Of a DNA stretch of 64,000 nt, positions 27,501 through 39,500 are shown piece by piece. The first letter of the stretch is position 1. The number at the start of each line of letters is the position of its first letter. Both the position numbers and the translations under genes were made by a program. The DNA is taken from contig NC_092676.1 in the NCBI RefSeq assembly GCF_964355755.1, positions 19,238,871-19,302,870 of the forward strand, read 5' to 3'. The DNA is from Antedon mediterranea (taxonomy: Eukaryota > Animalia > Echinodermata). The notes below the pieces were generated by a model. That model was given only the letters and a program-made list of their open reading frames with translations, was not told the DNA's origin and did no database searches.

Positions 27501-30500
27501 CTGTAACACCCTTCTCTACTTCAGCATAAAATGCATTCTCCCAGAAGCTAATGGTTGCCCACACTGGGTGATCTTGCACACAACTGTAAGCAAACTGTAT
27601 TATACCTGTACATAATTTCTGAAAAAGAGACAAAATAAGATATTTAACCTTTATTGCAAAAAATAAATCATCATATAATGTAAAATAGCCTGAAGGTTAA
27701 ACAACAACATTTACATAATTAAATTACACAAACCAATAGTGGTGTTGGTAGTCTATGAGTGATAGCTTACAGTACCTGGATGAACCGACATAGGCCTTTT
27801 CCCCTTCAAGGGGAGAACATAACCGAAAATTCATGAACTACCCTCCAAGACAGTGGTATCGCCCATGCACCATACCCTCAGGTGGGCGGCAACGCCCATG
27901 CATACCTCACCATTTCTTCTTTTTGGTTATGTTCTCCCCTTGAAGGGGAAAAGGTCTATGTCGGTTCATCCAGGTAAGCTAGTCACGTAATAGACTATTA
28001 AAATGCATTATAAATTTTTTATTATAAAAGGCTTATGTTGTATATCATTATTATTAAAATTCAATATATATTAATAAAATCTTATGTGGTATAGTGACGT
28101 CACTCAGGCAAGCTGTCTCTACAGAATGGCAGTCAAGAAACAATACGGATCCGCAGACATTGAAAAGAGTGCAAATGAGTTGTATTCCTACTGTTAGAAA
28201 ACTGAACTAATCAATATACCCACTCACCCTGCAGAATGCTACTGATAATGGCAACATCCGCCTAGCTAATGTAAATTCTTCTGTTGATGAGTCCTCCTGA
28301 AAAGGTAATATAAAAATTTCATAAATTACTCTATAAAATAACATGTTTAATGTTTTCCTGATGACCTAAAAACTATGCAGACGCTATCTCAAGACGACCC
28401 ACCTCGTGGGGATTCAACTGACGATCACTATCTGAGTTGGCCTCCAAAATCGACACTTTAGGTGTTTGCACTATTGGGTGGACAGTTGATTTTTAATTAA
28501 TTTAGGTACTTCCTACGTAGCCTGCTAGCTTATGACTGTGGTTATAACTATAAAACTGTCCATGTGTGAATTACTATTATTAGACACCTTAAACTAATTT
28601 ACCTGCAAAGAACAATTAATAAGCTTGACAACCATATCAAACTGCTGCATTTCTAACATTGCACGGTTTTCTTGCACATGAAGTGCCAACTCCTTCGCTA
28701 AAACTTCTCGAACTATCCTGCTTTTTAATGACCTTAGTACGGTGGGAAACATCTGTTGAGAAAGCAAAAAATATATAGAAACACTGGTGAGAAAGTTGGA
28801 TAGTATTGTGATTGTTACCAGAGTATGAAGTAATACAAAAAGCAGAAAAACCGGTGAAGAAAAGATAGAATTTGGATAAAAAACCAAATATGGAATGATG
28901 CCGGTGAAGAAAGCTGGACATTGGACTGAATTACTGAAGACAAAACGACAACATGGAATAAGTGACAGTAACCACGTGTAAAATGGGCGAAGTAGAGAGA
29001 ATAAGTGACAACCCGTAACCTATTGTAAGAGGGAGCACAGGTTCAAGGCACTCACTAGTGTTTACATCTGGCTCTGCACTAAAGAACCCCAGTGTACCCC
29101 GGTGTCCTGGTCTATTTCAGCCCCCGTCATTGTGGACAGACAAATGAGCTCAGTGGCAGCACTCGACATGAAGGAACCCTTAGGGGACAAAGAAGGTAGT
29201 TGAATGAGTGCAATTCAGCCAAGAAGACTGCAAATCACAGGTTATCTCCTCAAACACCCTCCCCCACCCCCCTTGCGAACCCCACCCATTATTATAGAAG
29301 GTATAACAGCATGAAAGCAAGTGACAGTCAGTAACCACTTGTAAGATTTCCCTGGAGAGATGGTGCAGTACTAAAGAATGATCCTAGTGAGGTACTTGCT
29401 ATCTCCTTACCATTCTTGCATCATATAGCTTGTTTTCAAAGATATGTGATATACATGTTCGTAGTACTTCCAATCGACGAGCTGAGTTATTGACAACATT
29501 TTTCTGCTCTTCCCAGTCTTTTGGCAATGGGCCATTGGGAACTACTTGAGTCTTTGGCTTTTTAATACTCTTCTGCAACTTTGGATTATTTTTCTGAAAC
29601 AGGAAATACAAGATATTAATACAAAATAATGATCTTTTGCCAAGTAGTCATTAGGAAAATATATGAGTGACTGGTTGGTAAATGCAATTATGGAGTTTGT
29701 ACATTTTGAAAGGATCTGATATCATTTGGAAGTACAATATAAAACCTGGTTTTAGAGGGTTAGGGTTAAGACCCTAAATTATAAGGGCTATATAACATTA
29801 AAATCATAATACAATGTATTTTATTGAAATTTCATACACATTCAACACAAGTGATTCACCAATTACAGGATGAATAAATGGAACCATGCTTATAAAAAAA
29901 AGTCTCATGGTTTAGGGAATGGACTAAAAACAGGCGTGTGTTACAACCATGGTACTAGGTCAGGATTGAACCCTTGCACTAGGTTAGGATTAAACCTAGA
30001 ATATTGGGTTTAAGAGGCAAGGATATTAACCACCCATATATTGGTTTGCTTTTACTTACAGCCATTTCCACACCACCTTCTATAATATCTTGAACATCTT
30101 CTCTGTTTAGTCGTGGGAATGGTTGGTAGTCAAGTAAAACCTTGTCACTTGGTTGAGGTATCTTTTCCAAATACGGTTCTGGGCTTGGATTCTCCTGTTA
30201 TTAAAAAATAATTATTTAGTTCTTTCTATGCTCAAATATGCATTCAGAGAATTTTCCGAAGCATATAGGAAAATAGTTTTGTGTCACTTAGCAGACAGGT
30301 ATAATTGTAATTCCTGATAGAGGGTGTTTCATTTGCCAAGTCATGCATAACATATCGCTGGAGGGGCTTTATAAGCGGCGGCACATGTGGTTTAATCCTC
30401 TCCTTTGTTTTAATTAAGACTAAACCTACGTCCTGCGTCAAAACTCAATTTTCAAATTCCATTTCATCGTTGTCATTATATATTTGGAGAGTAATTTTTC

Positions 30501-33500
30501 GTATCACATCCTAACTATTCGTGATTTCTTCAGAATTCAACTGTATTTTACGCATTCTCCCTCGTTTCTGTAAGTAACTGTTTTAATTTATAAAGGTATC
30601 ATGCCAATTACGGTATGCCTTTTCGGGCACTCCTTTATTCGGAGGCTACGTGACTATGCCAACACGCCGTTCAACAATGCGGCTAATATGAGACTATCGA
30701 AACACAACTTTGTTATTGCCTACAGATGTAGAGGGGGTCTTAAACTTCATCAATACCCATCTTTATTATATGCTTGGCCTGTGTCGCCTGATGTTGTAAT
30801 TATACAACTTGGAGAAAACGACCTAGCTGACCGAGATAATCGCTACATAGTCACACGCTTATGCACTTTTGTTGACTTCCTGCTATGCGGAACAGGTTGT
30901 AAACTCGTGATGATTTGTCAACTCCTTAAACGATCGCCGAACGTAGTGGGTGGTCGCTTTAACGACAGGATCATTGAACTCAACCGAACTTTAGAAAGGC
31001 GGTTTGCCAATAGGCATGATGTTATACTATGGAAGCACAGAGGATTATGGGGCGATTTGTCTCATCTACATGTAGACGGTGTCCATCTCGGTCCATCAGG
31101 CATGTACAAGTATATGAGGAGTGTAAGAGGAGCGATGATGCACGCAGAAAAAATTCTTAAAAGGCCAGTATTTAAATAAATGTTTCTATCATCAGTAAAT
31201 ATAAAAAAAAAAAAAAAAAAAAAAATTATTGATGATATTTTTTTATAAGAATATGCAATAATACTGCTACTACTATTATATATTATATATATATATATAT
31301 ATACAGTATATAGATATAGTATTTTATATTATATAACACCTATATAAATTCCTGTCATTTGATTGGACGAATGTGGGTCACATGGCGTGCAATAGTACGC
31401 ACTATTCAACGATCGTTAAATAGTACTTTTTGAAACATTTTTGTTTGTTATTTAGATGTTATATAAAACAAATAATGAATGTTTTGTATTCGTGTAATGG
31501 TACAAATAATGGCACGAGGTGAATGATGAAAGGTTATATCAACTCGGCTTTACCTCGTTGATATAACCTTTCATCATTCACCTCGTGCCATTATTTGTAC
31601 CATTGCACTCATAAACATTCATTATTTGTATACTATACAGTATAATTATCATTCTTCTACTATTACTTAGTAGTCTACTACCTATGATTACGGTACCTAA
31701 CCACCAACCCATTACATGGTTTTCCTGGGTAATTTCCAGCTATTTTAGCTGTGCCTCCAGGCTTTTTTATCTTATGGTCGGCCATTTTATCTTCGGTTGG
31801 TGTTATACTATGCCATATCGATTGGCAGTTTTTTACTCTCCGCCGAATGTATTTTTATTTATAATAACGTAGCCACCAACTATCGGTCCTGGGTAACTTC
31901 CAGCAGTTTTATGCTGTGCCTCCAGGCCAAGTGGTGGGGCCGACCATACTATGCTTATATAGCTTTTTATACCATGTTAATTATATTTCTTTTTGGTTGG
32001 TTGGCTCACCCACGTTTGGATGTTTACCTGGGTAATTACCAGCTATGCTGTGCCGCCAGGTTACTTGCAAATCGATGGGTGAATCATACATGTTACCACG
32101 GGATATAAACCCGCAACTACTTTATATAGATATATTTTTTTTTTGTTCTTTAATTACTATTATCTAGGTAAAATGCCGAAATCAAAGTCCACCCGCCGGT
32201 CAGCGGCACCAAAACCAACCACAACGGAACAACCAACAGCTAATATCGACTATGAAAAATTGGCAGAGGCCGTAGCAAAACAGATGAAGAAACCGACCGA
32301 TGCGCCTCCTGCTACTAATTCATCAGAGGGAGATGGACCATCGGCGATGGAAGAAGCGGTTACCCCTTTAATCAGCGACCTTCTCCAAGGTGAGCCGTCA
32401 ACTGGGTTTCAATTGACAATGATGGACACTATTGCCTTGGGGTCGGACATTCCGCTTCCCACCAAAACAAAAATTTGGAACGATCAATATATCGAAATAA
32501 GGTCTCTGCTCCCCAACCAACGCGACCCGCATATGTCGGTGACTATAGCAGGAAACCAAGTGCGAGTCGAGAGCGACCAAAAACGGAAACCGCTCACGGT
32601 TTTAGAATGGCAACAGGCGTTCCACATCTATGCAGCCATTTTCTTGGAAAAATTCCCAAAGGAATGTTTTAACATTTTAAAATATGCGAACAACATTTTG
32701 GAGTTGTCAATTACTGCACAGAACAATGCATGGCGAGCATACGATGAACAATTCAGAAGAGCCCGTCAAGGACGCTCCTTGAAGTGGGAGGTACTGCACA
32801 CCGAACTGATGCTAAAGCTAGTAACATATCAATCGGTCCCGATGACCACTTCAGGGGTGAGAACGGGATTCAATCAGCCCTTTCGTGGGGTTCCCAAAGG
32901 CTACTGCTTTGCCTTCCATACAGGAAAAACCTGCACAGCACATCCCTGTACTTTCAAACACAACTGTCCCTTGTGCGACCTCCCTCATCCCAAGATCCGC
33001 TGCAGGAAACAGCGTCCCTCTGGATTCGGACATATCACGGCCAGAAATCAAACAGCCAAGCAAGGCAACATTACCAACACCAGTAAAAGTTAAAATGCTG
33101 GCCTCGTACTTAACCGGTTATTCACCACGCCTCTTTACAAATTTAATTTCGGGATTTTCAGTCGGGTTCAGACTTTGTTGCAACACTCTCCCTCCGCCGG
33201 GAATCGCACGCAACCATCCTAGCGCCATTAACCATCCGGAGCAAATCACAACTTTTATTAAGATTGGTATCCAACGCAAAAGGCTAGCAGGCCCGTTTGT
33301 CTCCCCACCTTTTTCAGATTTTGTCGCATCACCGTTGGGCGTCATTCCAAAGGCGGAGGCGGGAAAATTCCGTATTATACAAGACCTGTCATACCAGCGG
33401 GGTGTCTCTGTAAACTCCGGTATCCCTTCCGAAGCCTCTGCCGTGTCATACGATACAATAGATTCGGTAATAATGCTTGTTCTCCGCAATGGAATAGGAT

Positions 33501-36500
33501 GCCTTATGGCCAAGGCAGATATCGAAGATGCTTTTCGCATTGTCCCGATCCATCCGGACGACTATCATCTGTTAGGTTTCAGTTGGGAGGGTCTACTTTA
33601 CTTTGACAAGTGTCTACCAATGGGGGCTAGCAGATCCTGCCAAATATTTGAGTCATTTAGTCGGGCAATAATATGGATCATGGGGAACAAATTTCAGGTT
33701 CATGAGTCTTCGCACATTTTAGACGATTTCTGGTTCGTAGGCTCGGCGCATTCGAAAACCTGTCGCGAAGCATTAGCCAGTTTCATATTCCTTTGTCGCA
33801 GAATTGGAGTACCCATAAAAGATTCTAAGACAGTCGCTCCAACGACGAATATCATCATTTACGGCATTGAAGTTGATTCAATCAACATGATATGTCGCTT
33901 GCCGGATGCAAAAGTAACGAAAATAAAATCAATTCTAGATAAATTTGTAACAAGGAAAAAAGTTACTTTAAGGGAACTACAATCGTTAATAGGGCTCTTG
34001 AGTTATGCTTGTTCAGTTGTCCTACCGGGTCGAACTTTTTTGCGAAGACTCATCAACCTCCTCTCCCTTGCAAAACACCCAAACCATTTCATTAGGCTTA
34101 GTTTAGAAGCGAAACAGGATCTGTACATGTGGCTTACCTTTATTAAACATTTCAATGGCAAAGCCCTCATTCTTCCGGAAAAATGGATCACCTCGGATAC
34201 GATCCGATTATTTACCGACGCGGCGGGTTCAATCGGATGCGGTGCTATCTTAGGAAGTGATTGGTTTGCGTTTCCTTGGCCGTGTTCATTTTTAGGCAGG
34301 TCCATAGCTGTACTTGAATTGTTTCCCATTGTGATTGCGTTGGAAACGTGGGCACCCAGGCTCGCGAATAAGAGGATCCTATTTCGGTCCGACAACCAAG
34401 CAGTTTGCGAAATACTTAACAAAAAAACCGCGAAAGACGCTACTCTCCTGCGGCTTCTGCGACGCTTGGTGCTTTGTTGCCTAAATCACAACATTCTGTT
34501 CAAAGCAAAACACATTCCAGGCAAGGAAAATGTGTTGGCTGACCTACTGTCTAGGCTCAAAATCAACAAAGCATTGTCATTGGATAAGTCTCTTAGCGCT
34601 CATCCTACAGAAGTACAGCATGAGCTGCTTCACATTTAAATGGTCTGGGATCATTATGCAGTACGAAAAGTTCAGCTTGGGCTGCTTCTAAGTACTTGGT
34701 CACGAACGATGAAGTCCAGCTTGGGCTGCTTCTAAATTACTTTGCACAAAACATGAAGTCCAGCCGGAAGCTGCTTCAATAACTTACTTACGTTAAACAA
34801 GATTAATTTGTATAGTTTATTTTACAGGCTTCTCCATAGACCCACAGCAAGGAGCAGCCAATAGGTACAATTTGTAATTTCCTGTCTCATTTATTTGACA
34901 AAGGTCTGGCACCGGGAACAATTTCCTCGCATATGTCTGCAATCTCGTTCGTACACAAGTTAGTAGGCCTACCGGATCCTAGCGGGTTTTTCCTCGTTCA
35001 AAAAATTATCCGCGGAATTCATTCTAGGGCGGCAAAAGTGGACTCTCGGCTTCCCATAACAAAAGGGATCTTGATTAGGCTACTCGATGCATTGCAGTTT
35101 ATAGAACCATTACTACCCCATCGTTTGTTACTTGAAGCATTATTTCTTACAGCGTTTCAGGGGTTTTTTCGACTCGGAGAATTGGCATCTAAAGCCAAAG
35201 ATTCGAACGTAGTACAGCGCAACGATTTAACTCTGAACGAAACTGGGGCCTTAATCATAATACGACACCACAAAACCGGAGTTGGAAAACCCCCCGTTTC
35301 GGTATCATTTGCACCATGGGTTAGAGAAAAGTACTGCCCAGTAGCCGCACTAACAAACTACCTCGCACATTGCCAACAGTCCACAGGTCCCTTGTTTCAG
35401 CACCTTGATGGCAAGGCGGTTACACAACAATTTGTGTCGTGCCGGCTGAGAGCGGCAGTGTCGTTTATTGGGTTGAATCCGAGCCATTACAAGGGCCACA
35501 GTTTTCGTATTGGGGCAGCAACACATGCTGCGTCATTAGGCATGTCAGATAGCCTCATTCAACAATTTGGGAGATGGAAATCTTCTGTTTTCAAGAAATA
35601 CATTCGTATTTCATCGTTCAGTTCATAAGGGTCAGGTCCGTGGTTTTTGTTTGGTCTGGGTGGGAACCCATCCAAGGCTGGGTTTTTGGCGCTGACACCC
35701 AGACTCATGTCTTATATACAGCCAATTTCATATTTGTATTTTAATCAGACTCAAGTAGATTTATAGATGTATATATTTGATGCTTAAGTCAAATTTGTTA
35801 ACCTAATATTAAGTACTGTTTAGTAAGTAGAGTTTAATACTTTGATTTATACTTTGTTTAAATATTCTGATAACTGATATCCGTTATGCAGTATTTGATT
35901 TATGTTTCAGATGACATAACGTATAGGGCGTGACCCATTTTATATTATGTAATATAATTAAGTTTTATACTAGAAGTGATATGTCATCTATGTTTTACCA
36001 ATATACACGTTTTAATATTCGTCATTTGAATAAATGACATTTCCATCCAATGATGGTTTATCTGTGTTTGTTTGTTGTCCTGTCCGGTCGCTAGCGTAAC
36101 ACAAATACTAATTATTGGAAGATGGTGGATTGAAATTATTATATTTTTTCATTTTATGAATATTGGAGGAAATCCATTCATAGTTTTAAGAACTGAATAC
36201 TTGACATTTGGAATAGCCTATTTAAAAGTAAAAGTTAATGCAATCCAACCAAATCAAAATTGTTATTTTAGGATATCTTTTATGGTTGTTATTGTGAAAG
36301 ATGCTGTTGTTTTATTTATGTTTTGTGTATAGATGTACTATCTGAAGTAAATGAAATGAATTAATTCCTTTTTGTAATCATATGGTGAACTGCAATCACT
36401 ACTTGATTAGTATGTTATTTAGCACCAATACAATCAGATTTGAATGTACCAAGAAGAGCCCCAATGGTCTAGTCATTGGCATATCAGAGATGTTCCCATC

Positions 36501-39500
36501 TTTACCATTTCATATATTCTACCTTCATGCAGGGCATTTAACATGTTTTCTTTTATTTTTTTCTTTAAAACCTGTCTACATCTAGAGTCATGTGGTTGTT
36601 CTGAAATTCTTGTTCAATGATTCTGTAATTAAAACTTACTTTTAGTAGATATTTTACTTACATTCGTGAAGAGCTGCATAGCAATTTCCCTAATATTCTT
36701 CAGTACTATTTCTTGGTTTCCTAATTCTTTGATTAGCATATTTTGATAATTTGCAACAAGCTAAAAAAAATATAAAGAGATGATTTTATATTAGATATTT
36801 TTAAATCTTTACAATGCCTTTGTCTAATTAAAACTATATCAATTTCATGTCATTTGATTAAGTGCTGCAATTGAAAAGGTGCTGCAGTTGAATAAGTGTA
36901 GTGGTTGAATAAGTCAGTTTAAACTAGGTTAGAATATTTGGTTTTTTTAAATAAATATTAATTCAAATTTCAACTCAAAATATAACTAGAATTTGTTTTT
37001 AATACTGTCTGCTTTTCTAATCTATGTTGTAATTCACCATGATTTTATTTGTCAACAACTCAAATATCATGTATATCTCAGTTGTAAACGTGAAAATGAA
37101 GTCTATTGTATCTTATCTTATTTTCCAGTTTTTTGTCGACTTTTGGTAGGGTTTTGTTTTTTAATTATATAATGTGCTGCCCTCTATGTTGCTTTAAAAT
37201 GCAATAGACTCTGCAGACTCGCACTCAATTTAGTTGCACAAACAGATTTACTAATTAATCAAAATTGAAATTAGGTTTAGGTAAGGTTAGGTAACTAAGT
37301 AGGTAATTAGACAAAAAACGTCCTATCATCAACATGCTAACATAATGTGTGAATGACCTGTTTTGACAACATACCTTATCAAAGATGTCACAGATCCTGT
37401 ATGGCGGACCTCTTTCACTGACAAAAGTCAGGAATGACATGCTACTATAAAGCTTGTATAAAAATTCATCGCCTAATAATCCACGCTGCATTAGATACAG
37501 TCCCTGTGGAAAGAAGATTTATGTTTAGTTAACATTCCTGGAGCTTATCCTCCAGTTTCAGTAACAAAAAGTTATGTAAAGCCTGGTTTCCATTAAAATC
37601 GCTACAGAGTTTCCATTAAAATCGCTACACGCGCAGATGTCGCCGACGCAATCGGGAAGACTCCCCGATTCATCGCAGTCAAATTGGCAAAATTCAACCA
37701 TGTTCAACTTTGCCGATTGTGTCAGCAATTAATCGTATACGCGTACCAAAGAATATTTAGCGCTCGCGTACTAGATCCCCGATAAATTCTAGCGTTTCCA
37801 TAGAATCGCTACGCTCTGTCGTGTAGCGATTTTATGGAAACCAGGCTTTAGAAAAACATAACAACAGCAAGTAACTAGCCAATTGGAGGATGGATAAACT
37901 TTATTGTACTTATAGTAGGTATCCCAATGAAAAAATTCAGATTAATTTTTTTACATTTTCTTTCAGTTAACCATAAAGAACTTAATGTAATTAGCATTTT
38001 GCAATTTAAATGATTGAAATCCGATTACCCGTTCTAAAGTTATGGTTATTTAAAGTAGTAAAAAAATATACGATTTTTTGCCTAAAAATGGTGTTTTTTG
38101 CAGTTGAAATTGGAAGCATTTTTAAAAGGTTATAACTTTTACAATAATTAGTTAAAAGTTTTGAATTTTGTTACACCTATAGATATCGCAGAGTTGTACA
38201 ACTCTATTTTTTTTGGAGCCTCAACGAAACCTATTTTTTAAATTATTGGTCCGCAAAGTGGTAGGAAAGCATTTAACGCCCATTTTTGCTGGAATTCCCT
38301 AAAAAATGAAAAAACTGCAATTTTTCAATGATCTGTAACTTTTGAACTACTGTACTAATTCATTTAATTTTTTTTGTACTTGTTAGAATGTAGTGTATAT
38401 TTCATTAATAAATATATTTTAGATGTGTATATGAAAAAAAAAATTTTTTTTAATGGTGAAATTTAAAATTATAAAAAAAAAAAATGAAAAAGTATGTTAA
38501 AAACGGTGTATACTGTTTCCTTTCTTTTACACTAATTTTCGGTAAGTATAATTATTAGAATATTTTAATATACTTTATATTTATAATTTCAATCATAAAT
38601 ACTATTATATATAACTTTTGAATACGTAAAACAAGATTTTAGGCCCATATGATTATGACACCAAATCTAAGCCGGGCTGCTAAGTAAGATATGCAAACGC
38701 ACAATATGGGTCAAAATAAACTCATTTAAAATAATCAATGTTAATTAAAACAATTAATTGTTTACCTGAATAGTATATATAACATTATAAAAATTGTTTT
38801 CTTTTCGTATTATTACGTTATTAAATTGAAATACGGAGCTAAAGTTTAGGCCAAGTCACGGCTTACTCGCGATCAGTAGTCGCTCCCGTTAAAGTATTTC
38901 GGTCGCAGTTAATGACTTTCGGCCGCCGTATACAGAGTCAAATGTAACGTTCGTAAATTAGCTTAATAAATTTCCTCGGTACATTTTAACCTAACGCATT
39001 TGCATTGTATACTTGCATAATAAATCTTCCGCACATTACATCAATTTTAAGTTGTTAAATTAATGTGTAAAACCAGATATTCTACGACGGAAAAGGACAT
39101 GTCAATCTCCGACATCGCTGCTGTCACACATCTCGCGTCGAGCCGGTCGAACTCGAGCGAGGAAAACTAAACAACGTGTTCAAAATATGGAACGTACCAT
39201 TCGCTGATAGGGTGCATTAATGTATTTAACGGAAAACGCCACAACAAACACGCGCGTATTTTAGAGTACAATATTTTACTCACTACAATATTCACCGGAT
39301 TATAATGGTTGGATCTTTAAAATTTTGAACGGGATTTACGCCTCATGCACCATTTTAAAATGTAGTTCGCACAATTACCATGCACAATACGTTTGTAAAC
39401 TATGTTTTATCGATTTCAATGTAGATTTAGCTATAATTTAATACCAAAATCCATAATATTTTTCCATAAACGGTGAATCAAAATTGGATTTTTGTCACAA

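Larger units (their letters stand above)
30282..36101 (+). mobile_element. Tyrosine-recombinase retrotransposon (DIRS order, Ngaro-like) in SBF intron 11, antisense to host
   Basis: SGNH, gag, RT-RNase H and YR ORFs on the plus strand. TTTATAAG at 30368 and AATAAA at 36029. Tentative ends TGTCAC...GTAACA. Boundaries are inferred. Confidence 0.88.

Noticed and set aside
33118-34422. Antisense ORFs of 140 and 139 aa within RT/RH, and alternative-frame ORFs within gag
   Set aside because: Shadows of the coding strand with no recognisable motifs
34610-34777. CRISPR array interpretation of the palindromic 22-bp repeats
   Set aside because: Spacers 2 and 3 resemble each other (TAAGTACTTGGTCACGAACGAT vs TAAATTACTTTGCACAAAACAT), the repeats are degenerate, there are no cas genes, and the context is a eukaryotic intron
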